Source: a virus. From it: DNA of 14,283 nt. The position numbers and the translations under genes were made by a program. The DNA is taken from the UHGV virus genome UHGV-0283667. One strand, written 5' to 3'. Below the pieces are notes generated by a model. It did no database searches. It saw only the letters and a list, made by a program, of their open reading frames with translations, and had not been told where the DNA came from. This document shows positions 6,912 through 14,283 of this stretch, piece after piece; positions within the stretch are counted from its first letter, which is position 1, and every line of letters begins with the position of its first letter.

Positions 6912-7217
6912 ATGATGCCTACTCTGGAAGAGCTTCGTGTTCAGTGCCGGATTGATGATGACAATGAACAGGAGAATGCACTTCTTATGATGTATCTGGC
7001 AGCAGCCAGAGAAGAGGCTGAAAAGTTTTTAAACCGGACACTTCACGATGAAACTGTTCCTGATCAGGATACGACCGGGCTTGTAATAACACCACTGATA
7101 AAGTTGCGTCTTATGCAACTGGTTGGCTACTGGTACGAGAACAGGGAAATGCAGGATGCTGTACCTGATTTTTTCTATACCGGACTCCGAATGTATCGGT
7201 TTCATCCCGGAACATAG
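6912..7217 (+). CDS. Head-tail connector protein (gp6-like)
   Basis: N-terminal pattern M.PTLEELRVQCRIDDD...ALL..YLAAAREE typical of gp6-like connector proteins. Size 101 aa and position after the capsid gene fit. Confidence 0.7.
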   Translation: MMPTLEELRVQCRIDDDNEQENALLMMYLAAAREEAEKFLNRTLHDETVPDQDTTGLVITPLIKLRLMQLVGYWYENREMQDAVPDFFYTGLRMYRFHPGT

Positions 7218-7226
7218 GAGGATTTC

Positions 7227-7565
7227 ATGCAGGCAGGAAGATTACGTGATCGCGTGGTTATTCTGAATATTACGACCTCCCGTACCCCTTCCGGTCACCC
7301 GGAGGAAACCCTGAAAGAGGGGGCTACGGTATGGGCAGAGGTTAAGGGGATCAGTGGGCGGGAACGTATATCGGGCGGTGCGGAAACCGCGCAGACAACA
7401 GTAAGAGTCTGGATGCGATTTCGGCGCGATGTGACGGCCGCCTCACGTCTGAAAGTGCTGACCGGGGCATTCAAGGGAGCCATTCTGAATATCGACGGGC
7501 CGCCGATCCCGGACGCACGATCCTCCAGGCTTGAAATACTTTGCAGCCAGAGAGGTGGAATGTGA
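7227..7565 (+). CDS. Head closure / head-tail adaptor protein
   Basis: RBS AGGAGG 7 nt upstream of ATG 7227. N-terminal MQAGRLRDRVVI motif typical of the head-tail joining family. 112 aa. Confidence 0.7.
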   Translation: MQAGRLRDRVVILNITTSRTPSGHPEETLKEGATVWAEVKGISGRERISGGAETAQTTVRVWMRFRRDVTAASRLKVLTGAFKGAILNIDGPPIPDARSSRLEILCSQRGGM

Positions 7566-8011
7566 CGGATTTTAGTCTGGATTTTTCTGGCCTGGCGGAT
7601 ATTGCAAGAGATCTGGAACTTCTCAGCAGAGCAGAGAGTAATAAGGTGCTTCGCGATGCCTCCCGTGCCGGTGCAGAGGTTATCCGGGAGGCGGTTATTG
7701 ATCATGCGCCAGAGCGAACCGGAAAACTGAAGAAAAACGTGGTTATTCTGACTCAGCGTTCACGGCGTCGTGGTGAAATTATCTCTGGTGTCCACATTCG
7801 TGGGCGGAATCTGCGAACCGGAAACAGTGATAACAGCATGAAAGCCAGCGATCCGCGAAACGCGTTTTACTGGCGTTTCGTGGAGCTGGGGACTATCAAT
7901 ATGCCTGCCCATCCGTTCATTCGCCCGGCCTTTGATACGACAGAGGAGCTGGCAGCACAGGTTGCCATGAAGCATATGAATCAGGCTATTGATGGGGTGC
8001 TGAGTAAATGA
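7562..8011 (+). CDS. Tail component, HK97 gp10-like family
   Basis: Likely GTG start at 7562 after RBS AGAGGTGG (track start is TTG 7541). Motifs ...IDHAPERTGKL... and ...FYWRFVELGT...PAHPFIRPAFD resemble the gp10 family. Confidence 0.65.
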   Translation: MTDFSLDFSGLADIARDLELLSRAESNKVLRDASRAGAEVIREAVIDHAPERTGKLKKNVVILTQRSRRRGEIISGVHIRGRNLRTGNSDNSMKASDPRNAFYWRFVELGTINMPAHPFIRPAFDTTEELAAQVAMKHMNQAIDGVLSK

Positions 8012-8352
8012 GAGAAGCCACGCTGTATGCTCTTCTGTCCCAACTGGCCGGAGGGCAGGTTTATCCTTATGTGGTCCCGCTGACGGAGGGAAAGCCTGCG
8101 GTATCTCCACCATGGCTGGTGTTTTCAGTGGTGTCTGACATCGCGTCTGATGTGCTTGATGGTCAGGCTGAATCCAGAATTACCGTGCAGATTGATATCT
8201 GGGCAACGGCTCCTGATGACGCAGATGATATCCGTGAGCAGGCGCTTGATGCGGTAAGGGAACTGGCACCATCCGTTATTTCTAAAACTCAGGGTTATGA
8301 TCCTGATTCCCGTCTGAGCAGAGCTACGCTTGAATTTCAGGTAATAGCCTGA
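8008..8352 (+). CDS. Tail completion protein (DUF3168-like)
   Basis: ATGA start/stop overlap with the upstream gene. N-terminal ...LYALL...VYPYVVP... pattern. 114 aa. Confidence 0.55.
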   Translation: MREATLYALLSQLAGGQVYPYVVPLTEGKPAVSPPWLVFSVVSDIASDVLDGQAESRITVQIDIWATAPDDADDIREQALDAVRELAPSVISKTQGYDPDSRLSRATLEFQVIA

Positions 8353-8373
8353 GGTCGTTAATGATTTTACCCA

Positions 8374-8394
8374 CCCGCCGCTGGCGGGTTTTTT
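8374..8394 (+). terminator. Intrinsic terminator-like hairpin immediately upstream of the major tail protein gene
   Basis: CCCGCC-GCT-GGCGGG followed by TTTTTT. Confidence 0.6.
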
Positions 8395-8411
8395 ATTTTC
8401 AGGAGACGAGT

Positions 8412-9116
8412 ATGTCCTCTAATTTTGAACGTTCTCAGCAGACCAAAGTCATGATCTCGTCTGCACCGGTAACGGCAGAAACGCTGAGTTCTGCCAGTTT
8501 TCTTGAACTGAGCTGTACGATTAAAGAGGTTCAGTTTACCGCCGGGCAGAAACAGGATATTGATGTCACTACGCTGTGTTCTACCGAGCAGGAGAATATC
8601 AACGGTCTTGGGGCTGCTTCAGAGATTTCCATGTCAGGAAACTTTTATCTCAACTCTGCCCAGAACGCGTTGCGTAGTGCTTATGACAACGACACCACAT
8701 ACGGTTTCAAAGTTATTTTCCCGTCAGGAAATGGATTTACTTTTATGGCAGAAGTTCGCCAGCATACCTGGTCTGTGGGAACCAACGGTGTTGTTGCTGC
8801 CACATTTTCCCTGCGCCTGAAAGGAAAGCCCTCTCTGACCACTGAACCTTTGAAACTCCTCTCTGATTTGAAAAGTACACTACAGGTTTCTGCCAGTGAA
8901 ACGCTGAATATGTCTGTTGAGGCATCAGGTGGTGTGCCTCCTTATTCATATGTCTGGAAGAAAGGCAGCTCTCCAGTTTCCGGGCAGACATCGGCAACTT
9001 TCAACAAGGCCTCCGTGACATCCGGAGATGCCGGTGCGTATACCTGTGAGGTTTCTGATTCAGCAAGCCCGATTAATAAGGTGACCTCCACTTCCTGCAC
9101 CGTAACTGTCAGTTAA
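8412..9116 (+). CDS. Major tail protein with C-terminal Ig-like domain
   Basis: RBS AGGAG 6 nt upstream of ATG 8412 (track start 8361 lies inside the terminator). The C-terminal ~85 aa look like a Big_2/Ig-like domain. Confidence 0.8.
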   Translation: MSSNFERSQQTKVMISSAPVTAETLSSASFLELSCTIKEVQFTAGQKQDIDVTTLCSTEQENINGLGAASEISMSGNFYLNSAQNALRSAYDNDTTYGFKVIFPSGNGFTFMAEVRQHTWSVGTNGVVAATFSLRLKGKPSLTTEPLKLLSDLKSTLQVSASETLNMSVEASGGVPPYSYVWKKGSSPVSGQTSATFNKASVTSGDAGAYTCEVSDSASPINKVTSTSCTVTVS

Positions 9117-9130
9117 GGAGGATGAAATCT

Positions 9131-9502
9131 ATGTCTAAAAATATCCGCAATCTGGCACTGGCGACGATGTCTGGTTTTCGCCACAAAACAGTTGATGTTC
9201 CTGAGTGGGAAGGTACAACGGTTGTATTACGGGAACCCTCTGCAGAAGCCTGGTTACGTTGGCAGGAGATCGTTAAAACCGGAGATGATGATACACCGTT
9301 ATCAGTTGCGGAGCGTGCCCGCCGAAATCTGGAAGCGGATGTTGAACTGTTCATCGATGTTCTGTGTGATACCGGGATGCAACCCGTGTTTTCAGCGGAT
9401 GATCGGGAGCAGGTACTTGCAGTATATGGTCCGGTACATGCGCGACTGCTTCGTCAGTCACTGGAACTGATCACTGATGCTGAAGTTATTAAAAAAAAGT
9501 AG
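9131..9502 (+). CDS. Tail assembly chaperone (gpG-like)
   Basis: RBS AAGGAGG at 9115-9121, ATG at 9131. Acidic ~124-aa protein directly upstream of the tape measure gene, ending in a slippery A-run. Confidence 0.75.
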   Translation: MSKNIRNLALATMSGFRHKTVDVPEWEGTTVVLREPSAEAWLRWQEIVKTGDDDTPLSVAERARRNLEADVELFIDVLCDTGMQPVFSADDREQVLAVYGPVHARLLRQSLELITDAEVIKKK

Positions 9503-9804
9503 CACTTCCGGGTATTCGTTTTCTGATGATGCTGGCGCTCAGGATGGGGCGCACATTGTCAGAGTTACGCCGGGAAATGTCTGCATCGGAAATCATGATG
9601 TGGGCAGAATTTGACAGGATCAGCCCGCTGGGTGACGAGCGGGCTGATATCCGGGCTGCCCAGATAGTTTCTGCAGTTTACGGGGCGCAGGGTGTCAAAG
9701 TTCCACTGAATGAAGCGATTCTTCAGTGGGAGGTCGTTCCTGCAAATAATATTAAAGATCCGTTCACAGCGTTTGAAAATGCATTATTTGCAGCGACACA
9801 ATGA
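9131..9804 (+). CDS. Tail assembly chaperone frameshift fusion product (gpGT-like) by -1 ribosomal frameshift at 9493-9499
   Basis: The -1 frame is open from 9493 through the stop at 9802-9804. The slippery run sits just before the G stop at 9500-9502. Confidence 0.65.
9491..9499 (+). promoter_or_regulatory. Programmed -1 frameshift slippery site (A AAA AAG)
   Basis: Heptamer A-AAA-AAG at 9493-9499 within the run AAAAAAAAG (9491-9499). Confidence 0.65.
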
Positions 9805-9814
9805 TCTTCTTACT

Positions 9815-9844
9815 TTACTGGATTATGATTCCGATTTTTATTAA
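9815..9844 (+). promoter_or_regulatory. Candidate sigma-70 promoter for the downstream moron
   Basis: TTACTG (9815-9820), 18-bp spacer, TATTAA (9839-9844), in an AT-rich intergenic stretch. Confidence 0.3.
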
Positions 9845-9862
9845 GTAAATAAGGAGATATTG

Positions 9863-10204
9863 ATGGAAGTTATTCTTATTGCGCTAGTCCTGGGGTTAAT
9901 TCCGGCTATTATCGCGCAAAGTAAAGGGCGTTCATTTTGGGGATGGTGGATATACGGAGCCTTACTCTTTATCGTTGCCTTGGTTCATTCACTTGTAATC
10001 CAAAAAGATGAAAAAACGCATGAGCAACAAATGGTGAGCAATGGCATGAAAAAATGCCCTTACTGTGCGGAGTTGATCAAAGAAGAAGCCATTAAGTGTA
10101 AGCATTGCGGTAGTGATTTAACACATAACCCTGATAGTACCGTTTCGCAAAAAACGGATGATGAATATCTTGAAGAAGCAAGGCGTAAGGCTGGGCTTCT
10201 TTAA
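9863..10204 (+). CDS. Moron: small membrane protein with two predicted TM helices and a C-terminal zinc-ribbon (CPYC...CKHC)
   Basis: RBS AAGGAG at 9851-9856, ATG at 9863. Two hydrophobic stretches, then CPYC-x13-CKHC. AT-rich codon usage unlike flanking tail genes. Own terminator downstream. Confidence 0.7.
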   Translation: MEVILIALVLGLIPAIIAQSKGRSFWGWWIYGALLFIVALVHSLVIQKDEKTHEQQMVSNGMKKCPYCAELIKEEAIKCKHCGSDLTHNPDSTVSQKTDDEYLEEARRKAGLL

Positions 10205-10209
10205 AAGCA

Positions 10210-10234
10210 AAAACCGCTTCGGCGGTTTTTTTTT
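10210..10234 (+). terminator. Rho-independent terminator (A-tract upstream, so possibly bidirectional)
   Basis: AAAACCGC-TTCG-GCGGTTTT followed by a T9 run. Confidence 0.75.
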
Positions 10235-10249
10235 GCCTGGAGAACGAGA

Positions 10250-13200
10250 ATGGCGTCACTACGCGAACTGATTATAAAAATCTCGGCAAATTCGCAGTCA
10301 TTCCAGTCAGAAATTGCGCGAGCTTCACGTATGGGACAGGAGTACTACCGTACCATGCAGAACGGAGGTCGACAGTCTGCAGCTGCATCCCGTGATATGC
10401 GGCGAGCACTGGCAGAAGTGACCGAGCAGATAAATACGGCGAAGTCTTCGGCAATGAATATGGCTGGCGCATTTGCCGGTGCTTTTGCCACTGGACATCT
10501 TATATCTCTTGCGGATGAATGGAGCTCAGTAAATGCCCGTTTGAAGCAGGCCACGCAGTCCAGCGATGATTTCCAGGCATCACAGCGCGAATTAATGGCG
10601 ATCAGCCAGAGAACGGGTACTGCTTTTGCTGATAACGCCAGTCTTTTTGCACGTTCGGCTTCTTCCATGCGGGAATATGGTTACAGGTCTGAGGAAGTAC
10701 TGAAAGTTACCGAGGCCATTTCTACAGGATTGAAATTGTCCGGAGCCAGTTCTGCGGAAGCCAGCTCGGTGATCACTCAGTTCAGCCAGGCACTGGCGCA
10801 AGGGGTTCTGCGCGGTGAAGAGTTTAATTCAGTAAATGAAAGCGGTGATCGTGTTATTCGTGCTCTGGCTGCAGGAATGGGGGTTGCCCGTAAAGATCTG
10901 AAGGCAATGGCGGATGATGGAAAGCTGACCGCCGATAAGGTTGTTCCTGCACTGATTAGCCAGCTTGGTACGCTGCGGGATGAATATGCAGCCATGCCTG
11001 ATACCGTATCATCCTCTGCAACCAAAGTTGAAAACGCCTTTATGGCCTGGGTTGGTGGTGCGAATGATGCCAGCGGTGCAACGAAAACGCTTACCGGAAT
11101 AATGAATGGTGTTGCGAATAATATTGATACGGTTGCCACGGCGGCGGGAGCTCTGGTTGCAATTGGTGTAGCCCGATATTTTGGCAATATGGCGTCTTCT
11201 GCGGGCTCTGCAACTGCCGGGTTAATCACTGTTGCCAGAAACGAAGTGGCTCTTGCTGAGGCACAGCTCAGAGGGACACAGATAGCAACAGCCAGAGCGC
11301 GGGCGGCATTGTATCGTGCGCAGCAGGCGGTTGTGGCTGCCCGTGGTACAGAAAAACAGGCTGCAGCAGAAGCGAAACTGGCAACCGCACAGGCTTCACT
11401 TACCCGTAATATTGCTGCCAGAACAGCGGCACAGGCAACGCTGAATAACGTTACGTCAGTTAGTAGTCGGTTGTTAAGCGGTGCTCTGGGGCTGGTTGGT
11501 GGTGTGCCTGGACTTGTCATGCTGGGGGCGGCGGCCTGGTACACAATGTATCAGAACCAGGAGCAGGCCAGAGAATCAGCGCGTCAGTATGCCGCAACAA
11601 TCGACGAAATTCGCCAGAAAACGTCTGCAATGTCACTTCCTGAAGCGGCAGATAATGAAGAAAAGACGCGGCAGGCTCTGGAGGAGCAGAACAGGTTAAT
11701 TGACGAGCAGAAAAGTAAGATTAAATCCTTACAGGAAAAAATTGCTGGCTATCAGTATGTCCTGGCAAACCCGGGCTGGACAACCGATAACGGTTTTATG
11801 ATTAACCACATGACGTCGGTGAAAACTGTCACAGAAGGGCTTGCAGAAGCAACAAGTCAGCTGGCTGTTGAGCAGTCCCGACTTTCCGGAATGCAGGAAA
11901 AAGCCCAGTCAATCCAGGATGTGCTTGCCGGGCTGGAAGAACGACGAGTGGTGCTGATCCGCCAACAGGCAGCGGAACAAAACAAAGCATATCAGTCATT
12001 ACTGATCATGAATGGCCAACATACCGAGTTTAATCGTCTTCTTGGGCTTGGTAATGAATTACTTCAGCAGCGACAGGGGCTGGTGAATGTACCGTTACGG
12101 CTGCCACAGGCTGCTCTGGATGATAAACAGCAGAACGCGCTGAATAACACTGAGCGAGAGCTGACCTTATCCCGTATGAAGGGGGAAGCGCGTGAGCGTA
12201 CTCGTCTGGGCTATGTAGCGGATGATCTCGGTTTTGTGGGGGATGCCTATCAGACGGCAAGGCAAACTTATATCAACAACGCGCTGGAAGCATGGCGTAA
12301 CAACCAGGCGAATAAGCCAAAGGTACGTGGTGGAAAATCGGAAGCAGAAAAAACGGAAGATGCTTATAACAGACTGATTAAACAACAAAAAGAACAAATA
12401 GCACTGGCAGGACAGAATACTGAACTGGCTAAGATGAAATACCAGGTCAGCCAGGGCGAATTATCAACCTTATCAGAAGCGCAGAAACAAACCCTTTTAC
12501 AGAATGCAGCACTCATCGACCAGAAAAAAATTCGTGAGCAAATTGCTGCTTATGAAAGCAGCCTGGCGGACAGTAACGCCAGTGTCAGGGCATCAAATGA
12601 GGCTCAGTTGTTAGGGTATGGAGACGGAACACGAATACGTGAGCGGCTTCAGGAAATGTGGAACATCCGACAGGAGTTTGAGCAGAAAAATAATGAGTTG
12701 CTGAGACAGTACCAGACCGGAGAAATCGAAGAAGCCCTGTGGAAACAGGAAAAAACGCTGAATGAAAAATATCTGGAGGAGCGTCTCAACGATCAGCAGG
12801 ATTATTATGCAAAGGCCGATGCTTTACGCAGTAACTGGAATGCTGGGCTCAAAGAGGGGCTGACGAACTGGGCAGACAGTGCCACTGATTATGCTTCACA
12901 AGCGGCAGATGCGGTCGTTTCCACTATGGATGGTCTGGTTTCAAATATTTCCGAGGCACTGGCCGGAAACGTTGTGGACTGGAGAAACTGGGGGAGTTCG
13001 ATCCTTCAGGAAGTTTCAAAAATCCTGATGAACGCGGCCATTGTTAACGGGCTGAAATCACTCTCCGGGACAATGTCGGGAGCGGGGGGATGGATTGGTA
13101 GTGTTGGCGACTGGCTTTCCGGTGCAGTAGCGAACGCAAAAGGCGGTGTTTACACATCGGCAAATCTGAGTGCTTACAGTAACACCATTGTGGATACGCC

Positions 13201-13492
13201 GACGTACTTTGCTTTTGCGAAAGGTGCCGGGCTGATGGGGGAAGCCGGACCTGAAGCTATCATGCCGCTTACGCGGGCGGCGGACGGTTCTCTTGGGGTC
13301 AGGGCTATTGGCAATGTGAATGGTGGTGGCGGATTTGTCTATTCTCCCGTGTATCACATCAATATTCAGAATAAAGGGAGCAATGGCGAGATTGATACGC
13401 AGTCAGCCAGGGGGCTGGTGGATCTGATCGACAGCAGGGTTGTGTCAATTATGCAGTCATCACGTCGGGACGGAGGATTATGCAGTGCCTGA
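10250..13492 (+). CDS. Tail tape measure protein (1080 aa)
   Basis: RBS GGAGA 6 nt upstream of ATG 10250. Long Ala/Gln-rich helical protein immediately after the G/GT chaperone genes. Confidence 0.92.
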   Translation: MASLRELIIKISANSQSFQSEIARASRMGQEYYRTMQNGGRQSAAASRDMRRALAEVTEQINTAKSSAMNMAGAFAGAFATGHLISLADEWSSVNARLKQATQSSDDFQASQRELMAISQRTGTAFADNASLFARSASSMREYGYRSEEVLKVTEAISTGLKLSGASSAEASSVITQFSQALAQGVLRGEEFNSVNESGDRVIRALAAGMGVARKDLKAMADDGKLTADKVVPALISQLGTLRDEYAAMPDTVSSSATKVENAFMAWVGGANDASGATKTLTGIMNGVANNIDTVATAAGALVAIGVARYFGNMASSAGSATAGLITVARNEVALAEAQLRGTQIATARARAALYRAQQAVVAARGTEKQAAAEAKLATAQASLTRNIAARTAAQATLNNVTSVSSRLLSGALGLVGGVPGLVMLGAAAWYTMYQNQEQARESARQYAATIDEIRQKTSAMSLPEAADNEEKTRQALEEQNRLIDEQKSKIKSLQEKIAGYQYVLANPGWTTDNGFMINHMTSVKTVTEGLAEATSQLAVEQSRLSGMQEKAQSIQDVLAGLEERRVVLIRQQAAEQNKAYQSLLIMNGQHTEFNRLLGLGNELLQQRQGLVNVPLRLPQAALDDKQQNALNNTERELTLSRMKGEARERTRLGYVADDLGFVGDAYQTARQTYINNALEAWRNNQANKPKVRGGKSEAEKTEDAYNRLIKQQKEQIALAGQNTELAKMKYQVSQGELSTLSEAQKQTLLQNAALIDQKKIREQIAAYESSLADSNASVRASNEAQLLGYGDGTRIRERLQEMWNIRQEFEQKNNELLRQYQTGEIEEALWKQEKTLNEKYLEERLNDQQDYYAKADALRSNWNAGLKEGLTNWADSATDYASQAADAVVSTMDGLVSNISEALAGNVVDWRNWGSSILQEVSKILMNAAIVNGLKSLSGTMSGAGGWIGSVGDWLSGAVANAKGGVYTSANLSAYSNTIVDTPTYFAFAKGAGLMGEAGPEAIMPLTRAADGSLGVRAIGNVNGGGGFVYSPVYHINIQNKGSNGEIDTQSARGLVDLIDSRVVSIMQSSRRDGGLCSA

Positions 13493-13826
13493 ACCTGAAG
13501 CTTTTAACTGGATCCCCCGCGAGGGGATGGAGACGACACGAAAGCCATCTGTTATTACGGTAAAGTTCGGTGACGGATATGAACAGCGACGGGCTGGTGG
13601 TCTGAATGCGGATCTGAAAACGTTTAAACCGGTATTTCGGGTCACAGATGAATATTCCCGCGCTGCGCTGGACAGTTTTTTATCCCGTCATGCCGGGATG
13701 CGTGCTTTTTTGTGGCGTCCGCCAAAATACAACAGGACCGTCCGGGTTGTCTGCAGGGAGTGGAGTATTTCGGATAATGCCATGTATACCGATTTTAACT
13801 GTACCTTTGAAGAGGTCACTCACTGA
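13485..13826 (+). CDS. Minor tail protein M (lambda gpM-like)
   Basis: Likely GTG start at 13485 after RBS GGAGGA, overlapping the tape measure 3' end (track start is TTG 13440). ...VKFGDGYEQRRAGGLNADLKTFKPVF...FLWRPP... matches lambda M. Confidence 0.85.
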   Translation: MPEPEAFNWIPREGMETTRKPSVITVKFGDGYEQRRAGGLNADLKTFKPVFRVTDEYSRAALDSFLSRHAGMRAFLWRPPKYNRTVRVVCREWSISDNAMYTDFNCTFEEVTH

Positions 13827-14218
13827 TGCAGGATATACAGCAGGAAACACTGAATGAGTGTACAAAATCGGAGCAATCCGCGCTGGTCGTGCTCTGGGAA
13901 GTCGATCTGACAGAGGTCGGCGGAGAGCGTTATTTTTTCTGTAATGAGCAGAACGAAAAAGGTGAGTCGGTCACCTGGCAGGGGCGACAGTATCAGGCGT
14001 ACCCTATTCAGGGAAGCGGCTTTGAGATGAACGGCAAAGGAGCCAGTGCAAGACCAACGCTGAAAGTCTCTAACCTGCACGGCATGGTCACCGGGATGGC
14101 GGAAGACCTGCAGAGTCTGGTCGGCGGAAAGGTAGTCAGGCGTAAGGTTTGCCAAAGTTGCCGACGTTATTGCGAAACTTACAGCCACTCAGGCATTTGC
14201 TGCATTTATCCTTCGTGA
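13826..14218 (+). CDS. Minor tail protein L (lambda gpL-like), N-terminal 108 aa; family similarity ends at 14149
   Basis: MQDIQQETLNECTKSEQSALVVLWEVDLTEVGGERYFFCNEQNEKGE.VTWQGRQYQ.YPIQGSGFE.NGKG...VVRRKV is nearly identical in pattern to lambda L. From 14150 the frame reads non-L sequence. Start overlaps the M stop. Confidence 0.85.
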   Translation: MQDIQQETLNECTKSEQSALVVLWEVDLTEVGGERYFFCNEQNEKGESVTWQGRQYQAYPIQGSGFEMNGKGASARPTLKVSNLHGMVTGMAEDLQSLVGGKVVRRKVCQSCRRYCETYSHSGICCIYPS

Positions 14219-14283
14219 TATCGGACGTCGGCTGGTCATATTCATCCGCGACAGCCGGACCGCTATAACCGCACTCATCACCG
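14150..14283 (-). other. Minor tail protein L C-terminal region in inverted orientation; continues beyond the window end
   Basis: Minus-strand translation GDECGYSGPAVADEYDQPTSDITKDKCSKCLSGCKFRNNVGNFG matches the Cys-rich C-terminal region of lambda L. Confidence 0.75.

Noticed and set aside
10777-11544. 255-aa minus-strand ORF inside the tape measure gene
   Set aside because: Ala/Ser/Pro-rich low-complexity translation antisense to the Ala/Gln-rich tape measure region, with no RBS and no family resemblance.
1-14283. CRISPR arrays, tRNA or rRNA genes, integrase or attachment sites, toxin-antitoxin pairs
   Set aside because: No direct-repeat/spacer periodicity, no cloverleaf-like conserved tRNA segments and no tyrosine or serine recombinase-like ORF were seen. 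The window is a structural and lysis module, so integration functions presumably lie elsewhere.

Overview
Late (lysis-to-tail) region of an HK97-like lambdoid phage or prophage from an enterobacterium. Gene order on the + strand: remnants of the lysis cassette (endolysin, Rz/Rz1 spanins), an AT-rich moron, HNH endonuclease, a cos-like region, terminase small and large subunits, portal, prohead protease, major capsid protein, head-tail joining proteins, major tail protein, tail assembly chaperone G/GT with a -1 frameshift site, a second moron (membrane zinc-ribbon protein), tape measure protein, and minor tail proteins M and L. The most unusual observation is that at least five genes are interrupted by short segments (about 0.1-0.35 kb) whose conserved protein sequence continues on the opposite strand: the endolysin/Rz junction, the Rz/Rz1 3' end, terminase large subunit, portal and minor tail protein L. 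One of these segments is bounded by a 60-bp inverted repeat. No integrase, recombinase, tRNA, rRNA or CRISPR array is visible. All homology statements come from reading translations by eye and recalling family signatures; no database search or computation could be run.
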